64,000 bases of DNA from Octopus vulgaris (GCA_951406725.2 OX597821.1:73966001-74030000); one strand, 5' to 3'. Positions 1 to 13,830 are shown, counted from the stretch's first letter. Notes: a model not told the origin generated them from the sequence alone. Made by a program: numbers and translations.

Positions 1-38
1 AAGACAGAGGAAAAAAATCGCCAACGGTCCAACCGAGG

Positions 39-90
<52 letters not shown>

Positions 91-584
91 ATATATATAT
101 CCATATATATATATCCATATATATAATATACCATACTTTTATTGACTTTTGTTTCCCCTCATATAAGCCAAAAAAACAAAGTCCAGAAGGCACACACAAT
201 GGAAGAGCACACCTTTAATGCAAGTCTGATGGAGTGTCACTCTAATGTCTAAAACCACAAATATTACATGAATTTTCACTTTGAACTTTTGCATAAACTG
301 ACATTGAATACAGAGTTGGTACAGAAACAATTGTAACTAATCATTAAAGATGTGTTAAAGGATTTCTTTGCCTTACTATTTGAATTATATCAGGTGTAAA
401 AATCCAGCCAAAACAGTTACAGGAGTCTGGTGCAGGCTCCTGTCAAACCGTTCCACCCATGCCAGTATAGAAGAAAGACATTGAAAAAAATAAAACAATA
501 CAAAATAAAAACGGTAGTGCCCCAGCATGGCCGCAGCTTTCGGGCTGAAGCATTTTAAAGGATTTTAAGGATTTTAAGAATATA

Positions 585-634
<50 letters not shown>

Positions 635-775
635 GTCACCATGAAGATATTTAAACCTATATATATATGTGTGTGTTTGTGTGTGTGTAGACATATGCAC
701 ACATTTATACATAAATACATATACATGCATAATACATGTATATATGTATATATGCGTTGGTATGTGCGTATATAA

Positions 776-819
<44 letters not shown>

Positions 820-820
<1 letters not shown>

Positions 821-1305
821 TTGATTGATTGATTGATTCTAGTTTCAGCTCATGAGCTGTGGCCATGCTGGGGCACCGCCATTTGGTGTTGCTACTTGGT
901 TTTACTTCACGAAAGCTTTTTAGCAACTGCCATTTGGTGCATGAGAGAGTTCGATGCAGCTGCCCTCATCTGCACCTCCTGCCGTGAAGTTGGTTCATCT
1001 GGGACACCTGACAGGAAGAGATCCAGTTTCATTTTAAAGACATCTGCATCCACCCCATACAGGTCTCTCAGGTTCTTCCGGAGGATATTGAAGAGCTGTG
1101 GGCCTCGGAAGCCCAGGCTATCACAGTATCTTGTCCTACATCTTGATGGCAAATTTGGAGTCCTAGGCACCACGCAGTGGCGCCCAGTTCTGGCATTTGT
1201 GTAACTCTCGATGCCAAAGTTTGGGACACGTCCCTCCAGGATCTTCCAGATGTATATTATGGCATATCTTTCCCGCCTACGCTCCAAGGAATATAGTTTT
1301 AGGAT
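820..1305 (-). mobile_element. 3' end of a CR1/L2-clade LINE (RT C-terminal region, 3' UTR and (AATC)n tail)
   Basis: ORF 907..1320(-) LKLYSLERRRERY..IWKILEG..GPQLFNIL..VFKMKLDLFLSGVPDEP matches the post-RT C-terminus of CR1/L2-type ORF2. It is followed by a short 3' UTR and a microsatellite tail. Confidence 0.85.
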
Positions 1306-1655
1306 TAAAGATGATAACATAATGAGGTATTCTTTTTTCTTTTTCTTTCTTTCTGATATACTTTCATTTTAAAAAAAACAACAAAAAACATGATGGTTTC
1401 TTTTTTTTTTATCATACATATCTCTCATTCACACAACTGTTACTTCTTTACGTACATTATTTTATATTTGTTAAATCTCTCTCTCTCTCTCACTCTCTCA
1501 TTCGAAATACCGATTCATGACATTATAAAGGACATTGTATTTGTAAGATTCTTCAGAGTTCCCTAAACGTGGGATATAATCTCTTTCTTGTGAAGACATT
1601 GGGGCTGGGTGCTGGGTAAGTTTACCTGCAGCTGAGTACTGCCTGTCATCCATAA

Positions 1656-1707
<52 letters not shown>

Positions 1708-1764
1708 TATACATATTAGCACACACGTACACGCACACATACACACGCGCATATATACATTAAG

Positions 1765-1809
1765 ATGGTCCGACGATGGATTAACTGCCCGAAACTTCGA
1801 AGTCACTAT
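1765..1809 (+). ncRNA. Minimal type-I hammerhead-like motif, U4C core
   Basis: ATGGT-CCGACGA-TGG..CCC-GAAA-CTTCGAAG-TC-ACTAT: stem I, core, weak stem II, palindromic stem III ACTTCGAAGT, GUC site. Confidence 0.55.
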
Positions 1810-2139
1810 TAATAATATTCTATAAGTATATATATATGCGTGTGTCTGTGTGTTTGTGTGCATTTGTGTGTGTATGCACAGCTATGCCTGTATGCATGTA
1901 TGTGTATCTATATATGTCCATGTATATCGACCTCTGTATTTCTCTGCGTGTACAAGTATGTGTCTATTCGCAGCACAGAAGCAACGACAAGTAGATTAAC
2001 GTGGATGGAATTGGTAGAGAGAAATCTCAAGACATAGACCACAGATAATTTAGTTTGGGTAGTTTGTATCGAATAATAACGACGACGATGATGATGATGA
2101 TAGTAATAATAAGAATTCCTACTACCATTGTTGTTGTTT

Positions 2140-2148
2140 TTATTATTA

Positions 2149-2203
<55 letters not shown>

Positions 2204-2207
2204 GATG

Positions 2208-2292
<85 letters not shown>
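2140..2292. repeat. (ATT)n microsatellite
   Basis: Direct reading; explains the poly-I/poly-N ORFs. Confidence 0.95.
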
Positions 2293-2293
<1 letters not shown>

Positions 2294-3029
2294 CGTTGTT
2301 GTGGCTTCTAATAGTAAACGTTAGAAACCCATGCATTCATATATACGTCCATGCAGACAGCAATACTATATAAAACTCACCACCCAGACACACATTCGTA
2401 CGTACATGATATCAAATATGTTTGTTTATTCCTATTGTCTTGTATTTGTAAAGATCGCATTGTACCGAACATGTTTGCCTCTTTGTTGCCCTCTTGGCGA
2501 ATAAACAACACACTTATTAGCATTTATGTTGTCATTGTTTTTTTAAATTTATTTCCTTGCCTTTTCACTTTTATTTATATTTATTTTCCTATAGAAATTT
2601 TTTAAAATTATTATTTTATTTTTTTTGTGGTTTTGTAATTGTGGAGAAGCATGTATTGGAGAAAAGAGGAAGAAATATAAAATAAATAAACATTTGCACA
2701 GATGGAACTGCATTTGAGCAGATAGCATTGGACAATGGAACGAATTTAGTAAAAGACATCTGAAATAAATAAACCACAAGATATATATATATTCATACAT
2801 AAATATATATATATTTGTAAGTGTTCATGTGTAATATATATATATGTATATATGATAGATCTCTTCGTATTAATAAATATATATACATAGGGGTACGTGT
2901 ACACAGACCCACACAAACACATCCACATATTTATTGAGCTGCTGCCTTAATCGCCCGTCGATAGTCGATGAAGGGAACGGCCATCGATAGAAATATTGTG
3001 TTGTTTGTTTGTTTGTTGTTATCAGATTC

Positions 3030-3193
3030 TTGATGTTGTTGCTGCTGCTGCTGTTGTTCTTTTTCTTCTTGTTCTTCTTGTTTTTGTTTTTGTTGTTGTT
3101 CTGGTTGTTGTTGTTGTTGTTGTTGTTGTTGTTGCTCTTCTTCTTCTTCTTCTTCTTCTTCTTCTTCTTCTTCTTCTTCTTCTTCTTCTTCTT

Positions 3194-3225
<32 letters not shown>
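3030..3225. repeat. Compound (GTT)n/(CTT)n microsatellite
   Basis: Direct reading. Confidence 0.95.
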
Positions 3226-3226
<1 letters not shown>

Positions 3227-3350
3227 ATTATCAACATCAAAATTGTTATATAAACATTATAAGCATGCGTAAAAGAAAGTGGATAATTTAGGAGACAATC
3301 AAATACATACATATATACATACATTTACCCCACCCTCTCTGTCTATATAT

Positions 3351-3394
<44 letters not shown>

Positions 3395-3964
3395 TAATAT
3401 TATATTTACACACAGACATAAATATATAAGTATATATGTATACATATATGTTTATATATGCATGTGTTGATATAAACACATATACACACATATATTTATA
3501 TATACATACATACACACACTCACACATACATACAGAGAGAACGGGAGAAAGAAGACACGTTTATATAAATTGAAAAGACATTCTGCGCAAAACGTTTCCA
3601 TTTTTTTCCTTTGTGATGAACAGATGAAAACGCCCATGTACTGCAAAGATAAAGAAAAACACCGAAGACTATGTCCTGTGTAGTTTTCTATTTTTTCACA
3701 AAGAACACAATATTTTTGCTTATTTGTGTGTTGTGTGCGGATTGTGGAAGGTGGCAAAACTGATGGAGGTTTTATATGTAATGTGTAGTTTGATTGGATG
3801 TTAGTGAGGTGTTAGATGTGGTGAGGACGAAACAATCACTGCAAACGGAAGATGTCATCACAGACGTTACAAAAGAGAGTAATTACAGTCTGGGGGGGTC
3901 GGTCATTTTTTTGTAAGTGCTTTCCTTCCTATCTCTGTCTACGTGTGCAGACCTCTGTGTGTCA

Positions 3965-4027
<63 letters not shown>

Positions 4028-4233
4028 TGTATGTATGTATGTATGTATGTATGTATGTATGTATGTATGTATACGGGCGACCGTAAAGTCTGGATGCATT
4101 TCGTCTCTAGACAAACCCATATTCAATCTGCAGAAGAAAAAAAAAACAAGATTAGACATATTTCTTGTATTTAGACTTTATGGTCACACTGTATGTATGT
4201 ATGTATATATTTTTACATATTGTTACATGTATA

Positions 4234-4271
<38 letters not shown>

Positions 4272-4565
4272 CATATTTCGATATGTGTCTGTATATACAC
4301 ATATAAATATACCTCTGCATATGTATGTATGCATTTATATATATGCGCATAAACATACATAAACACATATGTACAAACATGGAAAGAGGAGAAAGAGACA
4401 GAGAGAGAAGGAAGGAGAGAACACATAGTGTTTGTATGTATTTGTATTCACCTCCGATATGACGTCATCGTTCCGAAGGAAACGCCTTTGCCAGCAAAGA
4501 AGTATAACTTATCCAATGAATAAACGATATATAGAAGGCTGTAATGCCTTAGAGATGTTGGAGCG

Positions 4566-4637
<72 letters not shown>

Positions 4638-4777
4638 CGAGAGAGAAAGAGAAAGAAAGAGATAGAGAAAGAGAGAGAATGAGAGGAATGTCCTGTGTTA
4701 ATTTACAGTAACAATTAACCAATATAATTAAGAGCTCCCACAAAAATTCCATCATGGCATTAAAAGCTGATATTCTT

Positions 4778-5048
4778 AAACTCAGAACGTAGCGGCAGAC
4801 GAAATACCACTAAGCATTTCGCCCGGTGTGCTAACGTTTCTGCCAGCTCGCAGCCTTTTAATATATATTATTATCTACTCCAGGCACAAAGCCCAAAATT
4901 TTGTGGGAGGGAGCCAGTCGATTAGATAGTTCCCAGGACGCAACTGGTACTTAATTTATCAACCCCGAAAGGATGAAAGGCAAAGTCGACCTCGGTGGAA
5001 TTTGAACTCAGAACGTAAAGACAGACGAAATACCGCTAAGCATTTTCT
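4778..5048 (-). mobile_element. tRNA-derived SINE family A (two partial copies)
   Basis: Reverse complement of the GGCGAGCTGGCAGAAACGTTAGC..GAGTTCAAATTCC..GTCGACTTTGCCTTTCATCCTTTCGGGGT unit repeated more than 20 times in the window. Confidence 0.85.
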
Positions 5049-5347
5049 TCCGGAGTCCCATCGATTCTGCCCGCTCAACGCCTGGGAATAGTTTAATATT
5101 ATATGAACAAGGTTCATTTCTTGTATTTTATTAGCGACAAATTGATAACAGGGAATGTGGAACTGGCAGGATTCGATCTGAGCATCTAAAACAGCATAAG
5201 GAAATACCACAAGGCATTGTGTTCGTCCTGACCAGCTGGGAAACTGCCATAAGATTAATTTATAAGCCATATTCATCGGATAATCGCAAGTTTTCTCCCT
5301 CGGATTATAAAACATTAAACTACACACGAGGTGTTTTAAAGATGTGC

Positions 5348-5398
<51 letters not shown>

Positions 5399-5516
5399 GA
5401 GATTCAGTTAAATTAGGTACTTAAGTCGAAGCACCAAGTCAGTCTGGTATTATCTGCACAGCTCGAAGTAAGATGAATAAAATCAAAATATGTAACAAGA
5501 CATCAAGTAGTAATGC

Positions 5517-5600
5517 AGTACGACCGTTTCAAGCGGATTCCTTTAATTGAACAATGCAATCATTACATCAATTTAAATGCAGTGCCATCTTCAGCTGCAC
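5517..5600 (-). ncRNA. Hammerhead-like motif with extended stem II
   Basis: GTGC-AG-CTGAAGA-(TTTAAATTGATGTAATG/CATTGTTCAATTAAA hairpin)-GAAACGGTC-GTAC. Confidence 0.45.
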
Positions 5601-6429
5601 AAATAAATAAATGGAATTTTAACATGTAGGACACATTAATATAATTTTTTCAAATATTTTAACAGAGCAAGAATGTGGAAGAAATTCATGTTGTCATTAT
5701 TGTAGCTAAGAATAGACTACACTTCCAAGAATCGCATGAAGCTTAGTGGGGTCATAGTGTTGTAAGGGATTGTAACTCATTTCTAACTCATTTATATCTT
5801 TATCAACTACTAAATCTAAGACTAGAGGACTGTGACTATTTTGTATAAAGGACAAGAGTGAGTTGACAGATCATGGCTAAGTATGGTCATAAATATTATC
5901 ATATGTATCCCTTTTCCTCGGGGAGGAAAGAAGACATTAGGAGTAGTCAATTGGATATACAATAACTGTCTTTAAAAAGAGGCTGGGTAGGAGAAGACTT
6001 TAAATCATGATGTTAATTACCAGTTAAAGGAGCAAGATAATAAGAAAGCTAAGATGTAAATACAGAGGAAATTTTATTTAGGGGAATGTTTATATACAGT
6101 ATTGTTATGTTGTATAAAAATAAAATTTAAAATTTAAGAATTTCAAAAATGATATCATTACCAAAATAAGTAAAAGGTGTGTGTATATCAATTATAAACA
6201 TCGAAAAGGAAGATTATATAGAATCAGTTTAATATCCATTCATGTACTTAATTAAATACTTACAAGGTGGTTTCTATAAAGACTGCGCTCAAGGCATTTA
6301 CATATAGAATAACTGGAAAGATATACATGCTATATTTTAATTTTAAGCCACGAATCAAAAAAGTGTAAAAATGCATATATATAAAATGTTATAAGTAACA
6401 GGATATCAAATATTCAAATATTAATTCAA

Positions 6430-6510
6430 TACGACCGTTTCAAGCGGTTCCATTTAAATGAACATTGCAAGCATTATATCAATTTAAATACAGTGTCATC
6501 TTCAGTTGCA
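6430..6510 (-). ncRNA. Second copy of the extended-stem-II hammerhead-like motif
   Basis: CTGAAGA and GAAACGGTCG boxes are identical to the first copy while the flanks have diverged. Confidence 0.4.
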
Positions 6511-6753
6511 AAACATATGGATTTTCAACTGACAAGATATATTAATATAGTTTCCCCCAAATATTTTATCAGAGCTAGAGGATGAAAGAATTTCTGGTTC
6601 CCACTATTGTAGCAGGAATAAGCTAAGAGAAAAACTACAATTTTGGAATGACAGGAATGGAAGATAGTAGGGGTCACAGGATTGTGTTATGACCCTGAAA
6701 ATATCGGACTGACTTGGTGCATCCCCATAAGTAACTAATTCAACTGAAACTTG

Positions 6754-6837
<84 letters not shown>

Positions 6838-7962
6838 GAGCAGTGTATACCATACCCCTTCATTTTGGCATTGTAGCAGCATTTACAGGGAAGCATAATA
6901 TACTAGAAATAGTAAATATAGCTCGATCAAATCGTACACTTCCATCTTATAAAATACATTTGACAATGCCGTCAAGCAAATACGAATAGACGTGATTGCC
7001 AATCACGATTGAAACACCATAGATATGATGCCTCAAAACTGTGAAAAAAGCAATAGCAGTAGGGATGACAACAACAACAACAACAACAACGGCAACAAAA
7101 TCTGTAACTTATACCAACAAATATCCAGTAACAGTAATTGTTGTTGAGATGATAGGTTACTGGATGAGCAAAGGGAATTTATGTGGTTCCTACTCGGTCA
7201 GCATCCAGGACAATTTTCCCAGGGCTACCATATTCCATTCTCAAAGACAGAATCCATAGATCTGTATCTAAGTTATTTAGGGCTGGTTGCTTCACCCTCA
7301 TCCAATCTTGATCAGACAAACTTATAACTAAAATCATTCCAGCATGGACGATTCCATCATCATCTCTTGTAGTTATTGATTCTAGGGCTGTGTTAGTTGC
7401 TGTATCCTTTATTTTTTCAAACGGTCTGCTGCGGTTATAATATAGATTTAGGTGCTATTTCTAACAGGTCGTGTGATCCCATCGAGGCCTTCTCTTAGTT
7501 TTAATTCGACAGTGTGATCACATCCTGTCCCATGAACCGACAGAACTGGTTTCATTTCATCCGACGCAGCTGCGTATGATTTATTTAGCTTCCTCGGCAG
7601 AAGAGGCTTTATCTTTCATCTTTGTACCTGCGCAGGGATTAGAGGCAACCGCCGACTAAGCACCTAGGCATAATAACGCACGCATACACACACAATCACA
7701 CACACAAACACATACACACAAACATACATATTCACATTACATTTCACGTCTGGTGAGTAAAATGTTATCCAAGAGAAACGACTTCCGTCTCAGTTATATT
7801 CCCATGTCCAACAACAAGAAGTAGAACTATCTCCGTCACAATTCTTCACAATCTCTCAAGATTCCTCCGCTCTGTATTTCGTGGGATTTAGTCTTTCAGA
7901 ATCGCTACAGTTTTTGCACATACACATACGTTCACATGTTACACAGAAATAGTAAATACATA

Positions 7963-8115
<153 letters not shown>

Positions 8116-8234
8116 AAGCTGACTTTCCAACCGCGTGATTTTGGGTTTAGTTCCACCACGCAGAACATTGGACAAGTGTTTTTTTCACTGTTGCTCCGGA
8201 CCGACGAATGCCTTTTAGTATCTTTAGATATCTT

Positions 8235-8629
8235 TTTCTACTCTAGCCAAAAAGCCCGAAATTTTGAGGGAGGGTGCCAGTCGATTAGATCGACCCCAGT
8301 ACGCAACTGGTATTTATTTAATTGACCCCGAAAGTATGAAAGGGAAAGTCGACCGCGGCGGGATTTGAACTCAGAACGTAGCGGCAGGCGAAATACCTAT
8401 TTCTTTACTACCCACAAGGGACTACACACAGAGGGGACAAACAAGGACAGACAAACGGATTAGGTCGATTACATCGACACCAGTGCGTAACTGGTACTTA
8501 ATTTATCGACCCCGAAAGGATGAAAAGCAAAGTCGACCTCGGCGGAATTTGAACTCAGAACGTAACGGCAGACGAAGTACCGCTAAGCATTTCGCCCGGC
8601 GGGCTGACGTTTCTGCCAGCTCACCGCCT
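8235..8629 (-). mobile_element. SINE family A, dimeric form
   Basis: Full head unit followed by a 5'-truncated unit joined at GTAAAGAAATA|GGTATTTCG. Confidence 0.85.
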
Positions 8630-8849
8630 TAGTATCATTAGATATTAAGTGAGTGATTGTAATACGATGCCTTATTTCTGGCAGTCATAATGCATAGCTA
8701 CATATTGAAAGCCATTTCTCTGTTTGCAAAAACAGGGACATTGCATACTCGTGTGTGTCAGTTGGTTTTGATCATTTTCAAAGCATTTTTATAAAACTTA
8801 CCCCGTCTTCCAGACAAAGGTCAGCGGTCAGTTATTTTATTAAATATAC

Positions 8850-9015
8850 AGGTGCAGACGTAGCTGTGTGTTAAGAAGCTTGCTTCCCAGTCACATGGTT
8901 CCGGGTTCAGTTCCACTGCGTGGCACCTTGAGCAAGTGTCTTCTACTATAGCCTTAGGCCGACCAAAACCTTATGAGTGAATTTGATAGACAGAAACTGG
9001 AAGAAGCCCGTTATA
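8850..9015 (+). mobile_element. tRNA/CORE-type SINE family B, 5' half
   Basis: GGTTCCGGGTTCAGTTCCACTGCGTGGCACCTTGAGCAAGTGTCTTCTACTATAGCC: B-box plus CORE-like segment; several copies in the window. Confidence 0.8.
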
Positions 9016-9239
9016 TATATATAAGGTGAAAACTCCGCAGACACACATACCCTTAACGTAGTTCTTAGGGAGATTCAACGGGAAATTTCGCTGGCTGAGT
9101 GCACCGAAACAACGTGAAAGAAATTGTCTATTTGAAGGACACAATGCGCCGACAGGAATCGAACTCACTATCTTACGATCATGAGCCGAATTCTCTGACC
9201 ATTTAGCCATCCGCTTCCACCAAGTATTACAGAATTCTT

Positions 9240-9960
9240 CAGAAGGTACCGATGACACTCTTTGAATTAACTTTCCAGAAAAGTTCAGGAATTATCTTTT
9301 CTGAAAAGCCATATCTGTCACTTAAGTTACTTTATAAAAGCCATATCTGTCACTTAAGTTACTTTATAACTATTTTATAGTTATAAAGTCCGCTTTATAT
9401 TTTTCACAAGTTAGGTTTGGTACTCACTACCTTTTACCAAAAGTTTCTTTTAAAATATTCTTTCAAATTTACTTTCATTTCAAACATTCACTTAAAGACT
9501 GAAACCACGCCGAATGATTTGGCTTCTAGTGCTTCAAAAGTCTTTGACAACAATTTAAGAAGGTGACTAACAAAGACGGAATAAATTTCTACAGGTTTAC
9601 AGGTATTTCTTTTACTACCAAAGAACTTTCACAATGATTTGAAGTACCCCTCCGTACTTAAACTTCGAAAATAACAACTTAGGTTTCCCCACACTTTAAG
9701 TTCTCTTTCAAGAAATTGTGAAACAGAGGGGTATTGTACTCAAATAGTGCTACAGTTACCAAATATCGGCTCTCATGAATTAACAAAATTCCTTTAACAA
9801 AAATGTTGAAATTGTCGCACATTTTGACTAAGATACTTTCAACAGTAAATTTCAATTTTTCTGCATCAAATCGTGTTGCATTGCGCAAAATATGCACCGA
9901 ACAATTTATACGATTAATATTGTTTCGAACCATTTTTAGAGTTTGAGGAACACGGTCATG
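9240..9960 (-). mobile_element. Decayed hAT-type transposase fragment
   Basis: Minus-strand peptides INCSVHILRNATRFDAEKLKFTVESILVKM (CxxH motif) and, after a frameshift, LKVWGNLSCYFRSL..EIYSVFVSHLL..TFEALE resemble hAT transposase core. Multiple stops. Confidence 0.6.
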
Positions 9961-10300
9961 TTTTCCATCAGATGTCAGCAATATTTGAAGGCACCAGATT
10001 CAGAACCGGACTTCACGCCGCCAGCAGAGATATTTGATTTTCCTTTGTCAACTTTTTTAATCCATAACCAATGCTTCTGTACGACTGATGATATTTCACA
10101 GCATGGTAAACTTTATACATTTCTACAGTCAAGATTTTACCATTCTGAGATGATGGAACCAGAAAGAGAAATGATGACCATAATGATGCACAAACAGTAC
10201 AAGTGCCAACCTTATTTCTATTTATGGTGGTGTGTCATTGGCCAAGCTAGATATTTTCCCTTTCTGCTAATTCATGGTTAAATTTAATCTTTATTTAGGA

Positions 10301-10689
10301 CTAACAGTATCACCCGGCGTTGCTCGGGTTTGTTTCGACCCTTTAGAATTGGAATTTTCGAAAAGTAAAAATTTTGCATTATGTAGCATGTTATTCTGAA
10401 AATGAACATTTTTCTGGTTGAAATACACCGAAATATGGCGACACAGCAGTCAAAAAATCGTAAAAAATAGTGGTTTTCATAGAAAAAAAAGCACCTTGCT
10501 GATGTAAATAATTTTTGGTGTTAACATGGTCCGATTTGAAATTTTTCTTCTACGGAAGGAAGAGCAAACCTTTTTCTATCATACTCTCAATTTTGGTCAA
10601 CTTGCGCCGCAGGGTCTCGAAGGAGATAGTTTTAGATGAACGCTACAAAACCTGCCATACACAGACAACTTCAGCTTTATATATATAGA
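10301..10689 (-). mobile_element. Non-autonomous Helitron
   Basis: 5' TCTATATATATAAAG start, 3' CCCGAGCAACGCCGGG hairpin then TTAG (CTAG variant), between A and T. Same ends as the copy at 24751. Confidence 0.75.
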
Positions 10690-10879
10690 TTTGAAGCATG
10701 AATAAAAAAAACAAAAAAAAACAAGTCAGCTACTTTGCAATGCAGCATAAAGCAGACCTCCTTCTATAACGTATCGATAACGAGGCTGGTAAACTGTGAT
10801 CAGACAGGCGTCGAAAGCAAAAACAAACAAAACATGCTTCTCGTTTTAACTATTTTGTTATATTGTTATATTTATATAT

Positions 10880-11112
10880 ATATTTCTTTACTACCCACAA
10901 GGGGCTAAACATAGAGGAGACAAACAAGGACAGACAAACGGATTAAGTCGATTCCATCGACCCCAGTGCGTAACTGGTACTTAATTTATCGACCCCGGAA
11001 GGATGAAAGGCAAAGTCGACCTCAGCGGAATTTGAACTCGGAACGTAACGGCAGACGAAATATCACTAAGCATTTCACCCGGCGTGCTAACGTTTCAGCC
11101 AGCTCGCCGCCT
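10880..11112 (-). mobile_element. SINE family A, full monomer
   Basis: Matches the family consensus including the tail. Confidence 0.85.
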
Positions 11113-11148
11113 TCAATTTATATATACACTTGTTACCAGTTCAAATAA

Positions 11149-11192
11149 GCTAGAAGCATGCATTTCGGAATAGTTATCTCCTCTTCAGCATC
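11149..11192 (-). ncRNA. Hammerhead motif (degenerate), copy 1 of a tandem pair
   Basis: GATG-CTGAAGA-GGAG..TTCC-GAAA-TGCATGCT-TC-TAGC. Confidence 0.5.
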
Positions 11193-11492
11193 AAGAACTT
11201 CAAAGAAGGGACGCAACTGTCTGAATTGAGACAGATCTCTGTTGTCATATTCTAGTCAGCGTATTTGTGACTGATTGCGTTAATTTGCGAGTCTGCTGTT
11301 ATAAAATATGAAATAGAAGCGTGAAGCAGTGAAGTATATAAATATAAACTTGTTACTCGTGCAAATATGCTTGAGGCATATTCGGGTCCGTAAGAAAGAT
11401 GTTCGCTGTATTTTGCCTTGGAGAAAATTTCCCACTGTAGAGAAATAGTAGCAAAGAGATTAAGTCGATTCGAAGCACCTCTCAACCAGACC

Positions 11493-11536
11493 GATGGACA
11501 CTTGCATTTCGGTGTAGTTATCTCCTCTTCAGCATC
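11493..11536 (-). ncRNA. Hammerhead motif, copy 2 of a tandem pair (344 nt period)
   Basis: GATG-CTGAAGA-GG..CC-GAAA-TGCAAGTG-TC-CATC; stem I GATG/CATC is perfect. Confidence 0.6.
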
Positions 11537-13327
11537 AAACACTTGAAGGTCGAGTCGCTTCTATTCCATACTATCAAAAGATATTATAACGCATCAGAAA
11601 TATTTCTCTGTATATTCTATTTACAGTGTGTTCGATTACGGGACATTCAAAATAGAAGGAAGAAATAATTTCGAAGTTGGAATATAAAGTTGGACTATTT
11701 GTGGGAGTCGAAGTCATTACTATGGTCAGTCAACGTAGGATATACTCAACCGATTTGTCACAGAAAAAGATCCACGATTCCAACAGAGGATGGTAGTTCC
11801 AAAGAAAAGTCAGCAGTTTGTATGTAGTTATTGTTGGTAAATGTAAGACCGACGAGCTCGAACAGTTCACCGCTGTAATCTGTAGCAGTAGCAGCAGCAG
11901 CAATGGGGTTGAAGTGAATATTTGATTGGTTCGTAGTTCTTTGTTCATGTCCTACAGAGAGTTTTGTCAGTTAGAAAGATGGAGCCAATGTGTAATCACT
12001 TGACTTGCTAGAAATCTCCGCCGAATGACCCTCAGTTTGCTTTTCTTAAAAAAAAAGGGACGAGGAAGAGGGGACGATATAGCCTTAGGTGTAGAGTATC
12101 TAAGGGAAAAATACAATGGTCGCATCCGGGATATTTTAATGGATTAAGGTTGATCAGGGGCCTAAACAACAACAACAACAACAACAACAGCAACTGTAAC
12201 AACAAACAAAAAACAGCGACCAGGAGATAAGGATTCAGGTTTCACTACTTCTGCTTTTAAAACTTTAATTCTTGATTATCTGAGAATAACCAGAGCGACT
12301 GAGTGTTTTCGTTCCTCTTATTTGCCGTGGAGAAATATTTGAACTCAGAATTACTCAAGTCAGTTCCAATGTCTTCCGTTTCCTTAACAGGACTCGGCTG
12401 CTTTTCTTCAGCTGGACTATTCTCTGCAAGACAGTCAAGTGTCTTTACGAGAGGACATAACCTATCGACAGTGATCGAAGCTAAGCCATTGATTAGCACC
12501 AAACAAATATCTCAATGACTCACCGATCTGAGTCAATTCATATCACGAATAACATAGATATATATGTTTTTCCCAACTACAACGATGTGTAACACTGGTG
12601 GTTGTTTGCAGTCGAGTTAAGGGGGTGGGACATTAATTTCTCTCAAAATAAGACTCTACTCTATCGTAGCTAGATAGTTCTACATCGATTTGAACCCAGT
12701 ATCCAACTAATGAAAAGGTCACTAAATCCTCTGTTGTCACGTAGTGAGCCGTGTCACATGCGGCGCCCGATTGAAATGAATCGGTGGACATGAAATTCTC
12801 GGATCTATAAATATCACGATGCCAGTGAGATGACCCACTCTATTGACCTCTGGGCTTGTTGTTTACTGCCCCATCCACTTGACCACATGTGCTCTCCAAA
12901 TACATCACTTCCGAAAAAAACAAAAAAACAAAAGCGAAAACAAAGCAAAACAGAGAAAACAAAAGCCAAATGTTAATTTCCATTTGGGTTCTGCTGTTTC
13001 CCTTTCGCGTTGTTGTGTCTCTGACTCGTTCTCTTAACTTCAAGTTAAGCATCACATGAGAGAAACCCAACGTTGAGGAGGAAGCGAGAGAAGGAGAGAA
13101 AGTGGTTCCATGCATTACACAGAACAACGGAGTGTGACACAAACCGGCGGCTTCTTAATTTAAGTTTTTTTTCGTGGTTTTATTGTGTTTTTACTGCAGC
13201 AGTTGTAAGAGTTAGCGGTGATTGAAGGAGTTTTATTAACCGCAATTGCTGTCGGAGCAAGACCAGTGTATGGAATTAGTGTGCAGTAATTGTCAGCTTA
13301 GCGCCAAACGGATGATAGTCTACAGAT

Positions 13328-13376
<49 letters not shown>

Positions 13377-13599
13377 GGAAAGATAGTGAACAAGAGAAGG
13401 AGAGTTAGAGAAAATAAGAGAGATAGAGATAGATAGAGAGAGAGAGGGGAAGGAGGGAAGGAGGAAAGAATGTGTGAATTAAAATATGAGTGTGGAAAGT
13501 GCGAGATGATAAAGTGGGGCTGGACAGGACATATGAGTATAAAAGGGACTCACAGTTTCTTGTGTGTGTGTGTGGATTATGAGGAGTGTGAAAAAAGGT

Positions 13600-13830
13600 T
13601 GGAAAGTGCAATCAGCTATTAGTTGGTGAAAGTCTCCCTAGTTATAATTGCTCTTTAACTGATGGTAATCACCCTAAACGTCTGTGACATATTTTTTTTT
13701 TCGCTGGCGCAGTCTGACCGCCCCCTAACTTTGCGATTGGTCATAATTAGAGATTGCAAATGAGCTCAGTTGAGAGACACTTGCGGGGGAGGGGGGATAG
13801 AGCGGCGCAGCGGACAGCAGTGATGCAAAA
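13600..13830. promoter_or_regulatory. Possible cis-regulatory or promoter-like unique sequence
   Basis: Non-repetitive, more GC-rich island with a GC box (CCGCCCC), an inverted CCAAT (ATTGG), TAATTA and TTGCAAAT motifs, bounded by GA-rich tracts. Motif evidence only. Confidence 0.25.

Larger units (their letters stand above)
5400..6760 (-). mobile_element. Penelope-like pseudo-LTR remnant with diverged ~200 bp direct repeats about 910 bp apart
   Basis: 5520-5715 resembles 6432-6625. Each repeat contains, on the minus strand, CTGAAGA..long hairpin..GAAACGGTC. Flanked by (CA)n and (TA)n. Confidence 0.55.
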
